DNA of 64,000 nucleotides from Parcubacteria group bacterium Gr01-1014_31 (GCA_007376135.1 VMFR01000005.1:4141-68140); one strand, 5' to 3'. Shown: positions 43,186 to 53,230, counted from the first letter of the stretch. Program-made: numbers and translations. Notes: generated by a model not told the origin, from the letters alone.

Positions 43186-44452
43186 AGCGCGCTAAGGTCC
43201 CCAGGTCCACGGTCGGGTCGGCAAGCTTATCCTTAATGGGACTTACCTTTACGTTCTTTTCGATCAGTTTGCATACGGAGGCAAGCTCGTTGGTGCGGTT
43301 GATGAAGGTCGCACCCACCAGCTCGTCATGCTCGTCCACAATGAGACGCGCAAAGGTATTGCCCTGCGGCCCCCGGGTGATGACTTGGCGGCCCTGCGAC
43401 CGCACGTCGCCGGCGAACGCGATGGTCAGCCCGAATCCCATGGCCGTATAGAACGACACCAGCTTGAACGGTTGCCGCTCGCCCAGCATGTTGGCGGCCG
43501 CAAGCTTGCCGTGCATCTGGGCGTTGACCCAATTGCCCAGCAATACATGCTCGTCCAAAATAAGGTCGTTGAACTCGGCGCAATCGCCGGCCGTATACAC
43601 GTCCGGTGCGCTGGTCTTCAGGTACTCGTCGGCCAGGATCCCGCGATTGGTTTTCACGGTTGACCCCTGGAGCCAGGAAAGGTCGGGCTGCGCCCCTACG
43701 CCAGCGACAATAACTTCACAAGGAATATTCTGACCGCTTTCCAGGGTCACCCCCGACACCTTGGCGCGGCCGTCCACGGTTTTGACGAGCGCGTTGCGGT
43801 GGATCTTCACGCCGCCGGAAAGCAGCGCCGCCTCGATCATTTTGCCCGACTGTTCATCCAGCAACGGGTCCCAGTAGTGCGGCTCGCGCATGACCAGGGT
43901 GACCTGCAAGCCTGCCATCGTCAACATCTCGCACATCTCAAAACTGGTGAATCCGGAACCGACGCAAACAGCGCGCTTGGCTTTTTTTATGGCGGCAATG
44001 ATCTGTTTCGCGTCGTCCAGCGTCCGCAGGTACAGGACTCCCTTTTTGTCGGCGCCGTCAGCAGGCCAAGGGACGGCCTGCGCCCCAGTCGCGATCAGCA
44101 GCTTGCGATACCGCAATGTTTTTTTGCCGTCCAGGGTAACGGTGTGCGCCGCCGCGTCAACGGCCGTGGCGCGCTGCCCCGCCAGCAAATCAATTTTCAG
44201 CTCGCGGTACCATTGCAGGGTTTTCAGCCAGATCTGGTCGAAGGGGATCTTGCCGAGGAAAAAATTCGGTTTGGACAACAAAATGCGCGAATAAAAACGG
44301 TGCGGTTCGTCGGAGACGACCGCAATCGTTGCGCCCGCATCCCGCTGCCGCAAGGTTTCGGCGGCCGTGGTACCCGCCACCCCACCGCCGATGATGCAAT
44401 AGTCGTAGGCCACCGCCTGCCGGCTACGGATAGATCTGCTTGCCCGCTTCAT
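43184..44452 (-). CDS. FAD/NAD(P)-dependent pyridine nucleotide-disulfide-family oxidoreductase (ferredoxin/rubredoxin reductase-like)
   Basis: YDYCIIGGGVAGTTAAETL FAD fold; a second Rossmann fold VCVGSGFTSFEMCEML; TAGDCAEF. Confidence 0.65.
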   Translation of the reverse strand: MKRASRSIRSRQAVAYDYCIIGGGVAGTTAAETLRQRDAGATIAVVSDEPHRFYSRILLSKPNFFLGKIPFDQIWLKTLQWYRELKIDLLAGQRATAVDAAAHTVTLDGKKTLRYRKLLIATGAQAVPWPADGADKKGVLYLRTLDDAKQIIAAIKKAKRAVCVGSGFTSFEMCEMLTMAGLQVTLVMREPHYWDPLLDEQSGKMIEAALLSGGVKIHRNALVKTVDGRAKVSGVTLESGQNIPCEVIVAGVGAQPDLSWLQGSTVKTNRGILADEYLKTSAPDVYTAGDCAEFNDLILDEHVLLGNWVNAQMHGKLAAANMLGERQPFKLVSFYTAMGFGLTIAFAGDVRSQGRQVITRGPQGNTFARLIVDEHDELVGATFINRTNELASVCKLIEKNVKVSPIKDKLADPTVDLGTLAR

Positions 44453-44699
44453 CGTACAGGAAGATCGCGCGCGTCGGGCAGGATTGCGCGGCCGCTAAGA
44501 TGGTCGCGTCGCCGACCTGCTGGTCCTCAAGGCTCCCCCGCTCGGCCGGACCCGAATTTTTTACGCCCTGAAGTTTAATGACCGCCTTGTTCTCGGCATC
44601 CAGTTCGAACACGGTGTTGGCCGTAATGACGCAGGTCGACGCCCCGATGCACAGGTTGCGGTCGACGACGATCTTGGCGATCTTCTTCTCGTCTGCCAT
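44424..44699 (-). CDS. Small single-cluster ferredoxin
   Basis: VVDRNLCIGASTCVITANTVFELD...AAQSCPTRAIFL resembles [3Fe/4Fe-4S] Fdx-type ferredoxins. Confidence 0.5.
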   Translation of the reverse strand: MADEKKIAKIVVDRNLCIGASTCVITANTVFELDAENKAVIKLQGVKNSGPAERGSLEDQQVGDATILAAAQSCPTRAIFLYDEAGKQIYP

Positions 44700-44729
44700 A
44701 CCGGCAATAGTTATTGATTAAGAGATCGG

Positions 44730-45335
44730 CTAACAAGCAAATTCACCCTGCCCGCACGGCGAGGGCAACTCGCGCTGCAGCGGCACGCCCGGCTCAGTGC
44801 CAGTGGCGATATACTCCTCAACTTTGCGCTGCGCCCACTCGTGCTCATGGTTCCATAACGTCCAGAAATGGCGCCACTCGTTCCAGCCGATACCCAACGA
44901 TTTGACGTAGATGCCCTGCTCGGCCAGCATTTGGCCGACCTTGCGGCCGGTCATGCACGGCATGCTGTAGCAATAGACAATCACCTCTTTGCCCCCGGGC
45001 AACGCGCGAAATCCTGCAGTAATACGGTCTTTTTCGTCGTAGGCGGAGGTATTGGGGTCCGTGTAGGCAGAAATGTTGACCGCCCCGATGATGTGTTCAC
45101 GCTCGTACTCCTGGGGTGAGCGCAGGTCAACGAGGACGAAACTTTTGTCGCCCTTATCCATCTTACCGCGCAGACTGTGCGGACTGACGTGCACCGCATT
45201 CTCGATGCGATAAAACTCGGCAATGGAATCCTGGGGGGTCGGCGTCGCGGGTCTATTGTTGTACCACACGACGGCTCCGCCGGCCAGGGCGCCGAAAATG
45301 GCCGCAATGATGATGGTTCTGATGGTCTGCATATG
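44730..45335 (-). CDS. Rhodanese-domain sulfurtransferase, membrane-anchored
   Basis: Active-site loop VYCYSMPCMTGRK (CxxGxR). N-terminal TM. Confidence 0.6.
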   Translation of the reverse strand, partial: HMQTIRTIIIAAIFGALAGGAVVWYNNRPATPTPQDSIAEFYRIENAVHVSPHSLRGKMDKGDKSFVLVDLRSPQEYEREHIIGAVNISAYTDPNTSAYDEKDRITAGFRALPGGKEVIVYCYSMPCMTGRKVGQMLAEQGIYVKSLGIGWNEWRHFWTLWNHEHEWAQRKVEEYIATGTEPGVPLQRELPSPCGQGEFAC

Positions 45336-45431
45336 CGGATAGTATACCGGCCCGGGGCGGCAAAAACAAGATAAAAAACGGGCCACCTGGCGGCGGCCCG
45401 TTTTGTTGCGGCGGATTTTTTTCGTCGGCGA

Positions 45432-47090
45432 CTAGCGCATCTTCAACCCCTCCAACCCGCGCACTTCGCCTTTCAATTCCAGCGCGGGTACCTGAATGAC
45501 CGGCACCTGGCTCGTCTTGCCGTAGCCGCACTCCTCGGGGTCGGGAATGACCGTACCGTCCAGCGCCGTGGCCGACCCGCTCTTCGCGTGCCAGTGCTCC
45601 TCTTTGTCGCACTCCGGTCCCGTGAAACGCCGTAGTTGCGCGAGGGGGATCATTTTCCCGCCGTAATTGATGACGTCGATCATCGCGGCCACTGGCGTGA
45701 CGGTAATTTGCACATTGAACGGAATGGTGTTGATGAGCTCGTTGGACGCGTTGTAGACCGTGATACTGCCAACCGCGGTGTACAGGCCCGGACCAAAGGC
45801 CTGCACCGTGCCACAGGAGTAGCTGACGTCTACTTTCGCCGGCAACGCTCCGCCGGGAGCGGCGATCTTCAGCCAGCCGGGGATATTGCCGACGACGGCG
45901 TAACGGGCGGAGTCTGGCGTTGCCTGCTGCAAATTCAGCGTCTGCAGCTGCTGCGCGCACGGCCCGCGCTCCGGAATGGTGCGACTAATGTAGACGCCAT
46001 CCTGCTGTTTGGCGCCCGTGGACGGCGCCACGCACTGGGCGGGCTTGCCCGCGCAGATCTCGGGGGCGACGCAGTCGGTCTTTTCGGACGCGCAGGTTCC
46101 GTTGTCGCAGAACGCGCGTCCGACCTGCGAGCTGCTGCAGCATACCGGTTCCGTGCTGCCGCAGTCGGCGTCCTTCGCGCAGGTCCGGCCGGAATCCTTG
46201 AGCTTCTGCTTGAGCTCGTCCAGCGATTCCTTGATGTGTACAGTGCCAAACAACCCATCGCTTAACCCGGCTGCCTTGGCTTTCTGCAGCTGGTTCTCAA
46301 GGTCGGCAATCTGCCGCTGCAGCTCGGGGTCGTTGCCGGAAAACGCGCCGGTGCAGGCGGGACTGGTGGACTGTATCTGCGCCCCGCTCCCGCCGGTCGT
46401 CAGCGCGCCAATGTTCACGTTCGACGCGCCGCCGGGTTCCTTGCACTTCTTTTCGATGGCATCAAGGATGGCCAGTTTTTGCTGCGCCGCGGCCTGGGCC
46501 TGGGCCTGCGCCGCCTCATAGCGCTGCTGCGCTGCCGCCTCTTTCGCCTGCCGGTCATTCTGGTTGGCGGTCCTGCCGGCCGCCAGCTCGGCGTCGCACT
46601 GCGTTTCTTTCTCCTGATAAAACTCCGGCTTGCGCGCCTTTTCCACGCAGTCGTTGTACTCCTTTTTCGCCTGTTCACGCTGGTTGAATTTCGCCTCATT
46701 GAATCCTTTGTCCGCTGCAAAATCCGCCATGATCTCCTCGTAGAGCCGCCCGACCTCCTCAAAAGCCTGCTTGCACGGGTCCGCGGTCAGCGCCCGCGAA
46801 ATGCACTCGTGGTACTGTTTTTCAAGCTGCTGGTTTTTCGCCCAATACGCGTCGCTTATTTGGTCGCGCGCGGCCGCGTGCGATCCTTGTGCGGCGGTTT
46901 TCCGCTGCTCCAATTCATCAGCGACCGCTTGTCTCGCCTGTACGAGCTCCTCGCACTTGGTATTACGCACATCTACCCCGCCGTCCGTGAACTGCGGATT
47001 GAAAGCGCCGCTCAGGAAAGCGGCGGCTACGCCAACCGCGGCCACGCCGACCAAACCGGCCGCAACGCGTCCCAACATCATACCCTTCAT
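45432..47090 (-). CDS. Hypothetical secreted protein; coiled-coil, Q/A-rich, with a Cys-rich region
   Basis: Signal peptide; AQAQAQAAAQQ low-complexity stretch; CxxDxDCGSTEPVCC cysteine cluster. Confidence 0.45.
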   Translation of the reverse strand: MKGMMLGRVAAGLVGVAAVGVAAAFLSGAFNPQFTDGGVDVRNTKCEELVQARQAVADELEQRKTAAQGSHAAARDQISDAYWAKNQQLEKQYHECISRALTADPCKQAFEEVGRLYEEIMADFAADKGFNEAKFNQREQAKKEYNDCVEKARKPEFYQEKETQCDAELAAGRTANQNDRQAKEAAAQQRYEAAQAQAQAAAQQKLAILDAIEKKCKEPGGASNVNIGALTTGGSGAQIQSTSPACTGAFSGNDPELQRQIADLENQLQKAKAAGLSDGLFGTVHIKESLDELKQKLKDSGRTCAKDADCGSTEPVCCSSSQVGRAFCDNGTCASEKTDCVAPEICAGKPAQCVAPSTGAKQQDGVYISRTIPERGPCAQQLQTLNLQQATPDSARYAVVGNIPGWLKIAAPGGALPAKVDVSYSCGTVQAFGPGLYTAVGSITVYNASNELINTIPFNVQITVTPVAAMIDVINYGGKMIPLAQLRRFTGPECDKEEHWHAKSGSATALDGTVIPDPEECGYGKTSQVPVIQVPALELKGEVRGLEGLKMR

Positions 47091-47154
47091 AAAAAAAGCT
47101 TAGGAATAGGATGGGTACAGCCTAGAGGATTTTATAATATTAATAAAGGTCTAT

Positions 47155-47397
47155 CTATCGCAGGGGGTACGCCGCGGGTTTGAACCTCTCATCCTCTAAA
47201 TCATCAACAAAACAGACCACCGCAAGGCCGACAGCGGCTCGGTACATTCTATTGCTGCTCATCTTTCTCGCTACCAGCTCATACGTGAGAGCGGAGCCAA
47301 AGAGAAGCCCGCCCATGAAAACAAAATCGAAGAAGGTCCAATGCCAGCCGTCTCCATCTACTCCACTGCCGAGAAGTGTCAACACCAAGGGTATCAA
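47155..47397 (-). CDS. Possible small membrane protein within the AT-rich segment (low support)
   Basis: 80-aa ORF with two hydrophobic segments. Confidence 0.2.
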   Translation of the reverse strand: MIPLVLTLLGSGVDGDGWHWTFFDFVFMGGLLFGSALTYELVARKMSSNRMYRAAVGLAVVCFVDDLEDERFKPAAYPLR

Positions 47398-47527
47398 TAG
47401 TAAGAGTTCTACGATAACAGCTCACGCACTCAGTCTTCTTTTAATGCTTTGCATAAAAAATGTCAGGCTCTTTCTAAGATAACTCTGCTGGCCATCTGGG
47501 ACGATGCTGGAACCACTATTTCTCATA

Positions 47528-48157
47528 TTATTCCATCTGTTGTTTAATCTGCCAATCTGTGAAGTCTTGGTTTACATACACGATGTGTGATACGGATCTA
47601 TCTTTAAAGGTGTCGCGAAATTCGCTAACAATGTAAGAATAGGCACCATCTTTGATTTCTAGTAATCCCACACAAAATACTATTTTGAAATTGTGCCTTT
47701 TGTAAATCGCCTCTCGTATTTTACTTCTGTAGAATTTTTTTGCGCCATCAAAGAAAACTACCAGCGCTTTATCTTTTGCGTATTCTGGGCCTCTTTTGAT
47801 TTTGTGTTCTACCGCCCAAATTATTCGTTCTTCCCCTGTAGGCAGTTGTTTACCCGCTGGATAATCCATTGCGCAAACGTGTTCAACTACAAAACCATTT
47901 TGCTTGTCTACATTCCAAACCACTCCATCTCCATCTTTTTTCTCGCCGAATGTTTGTCTGTCGCCCGTAATTTTCTGAATGACAACCGTAATAAGCCAGT
48001 TCGCCCAAGCTTCGCGCACCAGCATATCAAAATTAGTGAATCGCTTCCCTTGCGTTAGAAAAAGAGGATTTTTCACATAGGGCTCCATATTTTTTAGAGC
48101 CCGTTTCAGGTCTTTAATAAATTTTGCGCCGTCTTCAATCATGAGAATATTTCTCAA
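47528..48157 (-). CDS. Hypothetical protein within the AT-rich (~40% GC) segment
   Basis: 209-aa ORF with atypical composition; no motif recognized. Confidence 0.45.
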   Translation of the reverse strand: MRNILMIEDGAKFIKDLKRALKNMEPYVKNPLFLTQGKRFTNFDMLVREAWANWLITVVIQKITGDRQTFGEKKDGDGVVWNVDKQNGFVVEHVCAMDYPAGKQLPTGEERIIWAVEHKIKRGPEYAKDKALVVFFDGAKKFYRSKIREAIYKRHNFKIVFCVGLLEIKDGAYSYIVSEFRDTFKDRSVSHIVYVNQDFTDWQIKQQME

Positions 48158-48244
48158 GGGCGTCTATCGACTCTCTTAATTATGCCTCACCATATCGGAC
48201 TAGGGGTTTGGGACGATGTTGGAACAATCTTAAATTGAAAAACA

Positions 48245-48688
48245 TCAAGGGCGACGCTTTCCGGCTGCAAGCATCAAACAGGCTTCCTCGATTCGGCGCG
48301 TATGAGCCTCCGGCTGTTTGGCTAATTCGATCCAGCTAACAAAGTCCCTGCGCTCGGTCGGCGTGAGATCTCTCCAGGTAGCCTTTGCTTTCGGGGCAGC
48401 TCCGAGGGCTTTGTAGAGATTCATTGGCACAACTGCAAAGCAACAGGGGCGGCGCTTTCCGGCTGCAAGCATACTGGGGACTCTCTCGATACGGCGTCTC
48501 CGCGTCTCCGGTTGCTTGGCTGAGTCTATCCAAAGAATAAAATCCCGGCGCGCAATTGGCGTGAGATCCTCCCACTGAGTCTCCGCCTTCGAGGCACCCA
48601 CAAGAGCTTTGCGAAGATCCGTTGGCACTCTGGCCTCCGGTCCTTCTCCAGGCGGCTTAGGATTCATTTTGTTCATAACTGTTCTCAA
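48245..48688 (-). CDS. Tandem-duplicated YdeI/OmpD-associated (OmdA, bacteriocin-protection) domain protein
   Basis: Two repeats: VPTDLRKALVGASKAETQWEDLTPIARRDFILWIDSAKQPETRRRRIERVPSMLAAGKRRP and VPMNLYKALGAAPKAKATWRDLTPTERRDFVSWIELAKQPEAHTRRIEEACLMLAAGKRRP. Confidence 0.55.
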   Translation of the reverse strand: MRTVMNKMNPKPPGEGPEARVPTDLRKALVGASKAETQWEDLTPIARRDFILWIDSAKQPETRRRRIERVPSMLAAGKRRPCCFAVVPMNLYKALGAAPKAKATWRDLTPTERRDFVSWIELAKQPEAHTRRIEEACLMLAAGKRRP

Positions 48689-48705
48689 TCAATTATTTTA
48701 CTATT

Positions 48706-48800
48706 CATCCTATTTGGCTCGCGTGGCGGGATTCGAATTCACCACGGCGAACCTTCGGCCCGCAACCAATGGATTAATCCGCCGAAGACGGACTCTGCCA
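48706..48800 (-). pseudogene. tRNA-like remnant: partial duplicate of the tRNA-Asn 3' half with a 21-nt insertion in the T-arm and a different acceptor end (encodes CCA)
   Basis: Shares the exact 19 bp cccgcaaccaatggattaa and gggattcgaa with the adjacent tRNA-Asn. It cannot be folded into a complete cloverleaf. Confidence 0.45.
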
Positions 48801-48837
48801 TTGAGGTAAACTAAAAAGATACACAACACCCTCCCTG

Positions 48838-48909
48838 CTCCGGGGGCGGGATTCGAACCCGCAACCAATGGATTAACAGTCCACTGCTCTGCCGTTGAGC
48901 TACCCCGGA
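48838..48909 (-). tRNA. tRNA-Asn (anticodon GTT)
   Basis: Hand-folded. Acceptor TCCGGGG/CCCCGGA. D-arm GCTC-AACGGCA-GAGC. Anticodon stem GTGGA/TCCAT with loop CTGTTAA. T-arm GCGGG-TTCGAAT-CCCGC. Discriminator G. A 10-bp inverted extension flanks the acceptor stem. Confidence 0.75.
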
Positions 48910-49152
48910 GCAGGGAGGGTGTTCATAAGCCACTCCCGACCTTTTCCCGATTTTAAAAAACGTTCGCGGCCCATCGCTTCGGATCGCGTCTGATACTCCT
49001 CGCTTAACACGACGACCCAAGGGCCTCTATTTTTTGTGGAAAAACACCATCCGCGTTGTGTGACCGCAACCGTTCCGCAAGATTCTTTGTCTGGCCCTTG
49101 TAGAGCCTGCCCTTTCCATTACGAATGACGTAGACCCAAAATGACACAGCAC

Positions 49153-50334
49153 TTAATAGTCCTTTAATTTTGCCGCGTCGACGTGCTTGGATATCTTTTC
49201 CAAGGCCTTGGCCTCGATCTGACGGATGCGTTCGCGCGTGACGTCGAATTCCTTCCCAACCTCTTCCAACGTGTGGGACACCCCGTCGGTCAGGCCAAAC
49301 CGCATCTCCAGGATCTTTTGCTCGCGCGGGGTCAGGTCCCTGATGACGCGCGTGACATACTCCTTGAGCAGCTGCAGCGCGGCCACGCGGTCGGGCGTCA
49401 CCGTTTTTACGTCCTCGATGAAATCTTCCAGGGTGCTATCCTCGTCATCCTCGCCGACCGACGTCTCGATGGAGATGGTGTCTTGCGAAATCTTAATAAT
49501 GTGGTGGATTTTGTCAATCTCTTCGCCCATTTCGGCGGCGATCTCCTCCGGCAGCGGCTCGCGGCCCAAATCCTGGATGAGCTGGCGTTCCACCTGCTTG
49601 AACTTGTTGATGGTCTCCACCATGTGCACGGGGATGCGGATGGTGCGGGACTGGTCGGCCAGCGCGCGGGTGATTGCCTGGCGGATCCACCAGGTCGCGT
49701 AGGTGGAGAACTTGTACCCCTTGCGGTAGTCGAATTTTTCCACCGCGCGGAACAGGCCGATGTTGCCCTCCTGAATGAGGTCCAGGAGCGACAGCGACTT
49801 GCCGGTGAACCGCTTGGCGATGGAGACCACTAAACGCAGGTTGGCCTCGATGAGACGGCGTTTGGCCTCCTGATCGTTGCGTTCGGCGCGCTTGGCCAAG
49901 GCGATCTCCTCGTCCGCTTTCAGCAGCGGGACTTTGCCAATCTCGCGTAGGTACATCTGGATGGAATCGGACGACACGTCGCCGATGTCGATACGCTTTT
50001 TGCCGCCGGCCTTGATGCCGATCTTCTCCATCAACGCCTCGGGGTCCTTTGCCTTGTCCAGGTAGCCGCCCTCCAGTTCGATGATCTGGATGCCCATCGA
50101 ATCCAAGTCTTCCAGCATCTGCTCGTACAGGTGCAAGTAATCCTCCACTTCCGGCAACGCCTTGAGCAACTCCGCTTCCGTCAAAAAACCGCGCTGGCGC
50201 CCCTTGCGGATGAGCTGGTCGATAAGCGCTTGGTCGGGGACGGCCTTGGCGCGCACGACGGGCTTTTGCGCCTTGCGGGGCGTGCGCTTGGCCGAACGCG
50301 CCGGGCGGGAACGGGCCATTTTTTTGGCTGCCAT
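49153..50334 (-). CDS. rpoD: RNA polymerase primary sigma factor (sigma-70)
   Basis: [40 protein letters not shown] (region 2) and [24 protein letters not shown] (region 4.2). Confidence 0.9.
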   Translation of the reverse strand: MAAKKMARSRPARSAKRTPRKAQKPVVRAKAVPDQALIDQLIRKGRQRGFLTEAELLKALPEVEDYLHLYEQMLEDLDSMGIQIIELEGGYLDKAKDPEALMEKIGIKAGGKKRIDIGDVSSDSIQMYLREIGKVPLLKADEEIALAKRAERNDQEAKRRLIEANLRLVVSIAKRFTGKSLSLLDLIQEGNIGLFRAVEKFDYRKGYKFSTYATWWIRQAITRALADQSRTIRIPVHMVETINKFKQVERQLIQDLGREPLPEEIAAEMGEEIDKIHHIIKISQDTISIETSVGEDDEDSTLEDFIEDVKTVTPDRVAALQLLKEYVTRVIRDLTPREQKILEMRFGLTDGVSHTLEEVGKEFDVTRERIRQIEAKALEKISKHVDAAKLKDY

Positions 50335-50428
50335 ACGCAGGACGATAAAAAATCACCGGCCGCAAGGACTGGCGCAGTTTCCCACAACGTTGAATGTGCG
50401 GGTGGTCACGGAGTGATGAGGGACGCCG

Positions 50429-52225
50429 CTAGGCGCCCAGGAGGTGCAATTGGTTCGTCAACTCGGAAAATTGGCGCGTCAGGCGTTCGACCGCACCACT
50501 GTCGCGGGCGGCCTCCGCTGCCTGCAGCTCCTGCTGCACCGTCTTGATCTGCCGCCGCAGATGTTCGCGGCGCAGCTCGGTGCAAATGGTCGCGACCTCC
50601 TGCGTCAGCACGGAGTCAACGAAGTCGCCGAAGTCGCGCTCAGCCGCCATCCACAGGGTGTCGACCAGCGCCGCTAACTCGGCCGCTTCGCTCCCCTGCA
50701 GCCAACGTCGAAAATCAGTGGCGGCAGGCACCTTGCCTTCCGCCGACGTGGTTTTATTATAATAGAGAACCAGCTGTCTGTAAAGCTGCTGATATTGGGG
50801 TTCCTGGACCTGCTCAGGCCCCAGCCACTGCACGGTACTGGCGACACGCGCGGGCTGAAAAACCAGCAGCGTCACCAGCTGCTCCTCCAGGCGCTGCCAT
50901 CGCTCGCGCTCGTCGGCCCGGGCGGCGGCTTGGACGGCGGGTTGGGCGCGGGATGTCGACGGCCGCGGCAACTGTTCCCGCAAGACCTGCTCCGGAACAT
51001 CGACGGTATTGGCCAGGCGCTGCAGCCAGTGGCTGCGCTCCACGGCGCTGCCGATCTTCCCGATGGTGGACAGGAGGACCTTGGCGACCTGTTTTTTGTT
51101 CGCCGCGCCGGTCAACGGATGCGCGGCCAACGTCTTTGCGAAACTGAACTCCATGAATTCCGCGGCTGATTCCACTGCCGTCCGCCAAACAGACGGGTCC
51201 TTGCGCACGCACTCATCGGGGTCTTTGCCGAACGGCAGCTGGATGACGCGGACGTTGCACTCCGCCGCCAGCATCAGGTCGATACCTCGTGAAGCGGCCG
51301 CCAGTCCGGCAGCATCCATATCGAACGCCAACGAAAAATTCGCCGAAAAACGTTTCAGCAATTTTATCTGATCGGCGGTCAGCGCCGTGCCGGCTACCGC
51401 GACGACGTTCTTAACCCCTGCCTCCCAGGAGGCGATGGCGTCCATGTAGCCCTCGACCAGCACCGCCCGGTCCAGGGTCCGAATCTCCTGCTTGGCGCGG
51501 TGCAGGTTGTAGACGATCACCCCCTTATTATAGATGTCGGTTTGCGGCGTGTTGATGTACTTGGCGCCGGTTTCCTTCGGATCCAGGGTCCGGCCGCCGA
51601 ACCCGACCGTCTGGCCGTGCCCGTCATGGATGGGAAACATCAACCGGTTGCGGAATCGGTCGTAGAAACCCGAGCCGCGCTCCTTTTTCACCAGCAGGCC
51701 CGCCTCAAAAATGTCGCGCTCCGTGAATCCGCGCTCCTGCAAGAACCGTCCGGTCGCCTCCCAGCTGTCGGGCGCCCAGCCCAGGCCGAACGTTTCCACC
51801 GCCGCCGGGCTCATTTCGCGCCGCTGCAGGTACTCGCGCGCGAGTTCGGCATGCGGAGAATCGCGCAGCAGCGCCTGAAAATATCCCGCCGCCGCGTCCA
51901 CGATCTCCAGCAGGGTATTACGACGATTATGCAACTGCGGGTCGGTGCGACGCAACGTCACCCCGGCTTTCTGCGCCAGCAACCGCAGGGCGCCGGGAAA
52001 ATCCAACCCCTCCATTTTCATGATGAAGCTGAAGACGTCCCCGCCCTCGCTGCAGCCGAAGCACCGCCAGATCTGACGGTCCCGCGAGACCATGAACGAC
52101 GGGGTCTTTTCGTGGTGGAACGGACAGAGCGCCTTGTGGTTGGCACCGGCCGGTTTCAATGCCACGTACTCACCCACGATATCAATGATATCCAGGCGCG
52201 TTTTTACCTCTTCCTTGGGGTCCAT
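50429..52225 (-). CDS. dnaG: DNA primase
   Basis: CHC2 zinc finger CPFHHEKTPSFMVSRDRQIWRCFGC; TOPRIM VLVEGYMD; classic dnaG-rpoD order. Confidence 0.9.
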   Translation of the reverse strand: MDPKEEVKTRLDIIDIVGEYVALKPAGANHKALCPFHHEKTPSFMVSRDRQIWRCFGCSEGGDVFSFIMKMEGLDFPGALRLLAQKAGVTLRRTDPQLHNRRNTLLEIVDAAAGYFQALLRDSPHAELAREYLQRREMSPAAVETFGLGWAPDSWEATGRFLQERGFTERDIFEAGLLVKKERGSGFYDRFRNRLMFPIHDGHGQTVGFGGRTLDPKETGAKYINTPQTDIYNKGVIVYNLHRAKQEIRTLDRAVLVEGYMDAIASWEAGVKNVVAVAGTALTADQIKLLKRFSANFSLAFDMDAAGLAAASRGIDLMLAAECNVRVIQLPFGKDPDECVRKDPSVWRTAVESAAEFMEFSFAKTLAAHPLTGAANKKQVAKVLLSTIGKIGSAVERSHWLQRLANTVDVPEQVLREQLPRPSTSRAQPAVQAAARADERERWQRLEEQLVTLLVFQPARVASTVQWLGPEQVQEPQYQQLYRQLVLYYNKTTSAEGKVPAATDFRRWLQGSEAAELAALVDTLWMAAERDFGDFVDSVLTQEVATICTELRREHLRRQIKTVQQELQAAEAARDSGAVERLTRQFSELTNQLHLLGA

Positions 52226-52347
52226 AGCGATAGCGAACCCATTGTACGCCTCCGGAGAGCCACAAACCAGTTGACCGCCCGACGGTTTCTTGGTTTAATG
52301 AGTGGACTCAATTCCGGCGCGGCGTCCGTCGCGTTCTGCCCGAGAGC

Positions 52348-52432
52348 GGAGAGGTCGCATAGTGGCCTAGTGCGCCTGCTTGGAGAGCAGGTATACCGCA
52401 AGGTATCGCGGGTTCGAATCCCGCCCTCTCCG
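52348..52432 (+). tRNA. tRNA-Ser (anticodon GGA), long variable arm
   Basis: Hand-folded. Acceptor GGAGAGG/CCTCTCC. D-arm GCAT-AGTGGCCTA-GTGC. Anticodon stem CCTGC/GCAGG with loop TTGGAGA. 16-nt variable arm. T-arm GCGGG-TTCGAAT-CCCGC. Discriminator G. Confidence 0.75.
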
Positions 52433-52570
52433 CCCTGGTCGGAACACTGACTGCTGCCGACCGCTCCAGTCGGCGCTGCACCAAGTGAACCAAGAACCAT
52501 AGTGATGCCCCGCCGTACGTGCGAGGCGTTTTCGTTACCGCCCAACCTGCTATACTGAGGATATTCATCT

Positions 52571-53230
52571 ATGCGCCTTTCACGGACGGAATGGTTGACT
52601 CTGGGCTTGATCGGGCTCACGTTTGTCGCCGGCGCCCTGGTATTCCCGTGGCTGCCGGCGCGGGTTGCCGCGCATTGGAACTTCTCCGGCGCGGTGGACG
52701 GTTACACCTCGCGTTTTTGGGGAGCATTTTTAGTACCGCTCATCGGCCTGGGGTTATGGGCGCTGTTCGTCTTCCTGCCGCGCGTCGACCCGCAAAAACG
52801 CAACATCGAACAATTCCGCCACACCTTTGACGCGTTCATCGCCCTCATCTTCATCTTTCTCGCCTACATCTACCTCTTGACGCTGGGTTGGAACTTCGGC
52901 ACGCGAGGGGAGATCGGCCAGTGGCTTTCCCCGGCCTTTGCCCTGCTGATGTTCGGCATCAGTGAGTTGGTCACGAATGCTCAGCCGAATTGGAGTGTGG
53001 GCATCCGCACGCCCTGGACCTTGAGCAGCCCGACCGTCTGGAAAAAAACGCACCGCCTCGGCGCGGTGCTCTACAAGGTTTGCGGCGGACTGGCGCTGCT
53101 GGGCGCGCTGTTGCCTAGCGTCGCGTTCTTTTTCGTTCTCGTGCCCGTCGTCAGCGTGAGCATCATACTGTTCGCGTACTCCTTCTTCGCCTATCGCGCC
53201 GAGCAGTCCGGGACGGCGCGGCCGCGCTAG
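52571..53230 (+). CDS. SdpI/YhfL-like (DUF1648 + SdpI) membrane protein
   Basis: Six TM helices with the characteristic N-terminal DUF1648 helix pair. Confidence 0.5.
   Translation: MRLSRTEWLTLGLIGLTFVAGALVFPWLPARVAAHWNFSGAVDGYTSRFWGAFLVPLIGLGLWALFVFLPRVDPQKRNIEQFRHTFDAFIALIFIFLAYIYLLTLGWNFGTRGEIGQWLSPAFALLMFGISELVTNAQPNWSVGIRTPWTLSSPTVWKKTHRLGAVLYKVCGGLALLGALLPSVAFFFVLVPVVSVSIILFAYSFFAYRAEQSGTARPR

Noticed and set aside
48811-49020. 69-aa ORF overlapping tRNA-Asn (contains ...LIHWLRVRIPPP...)
   Set aside because: Classic spurious ORF produced by reading through a tRNA gene; the tRNA fold is convincing.
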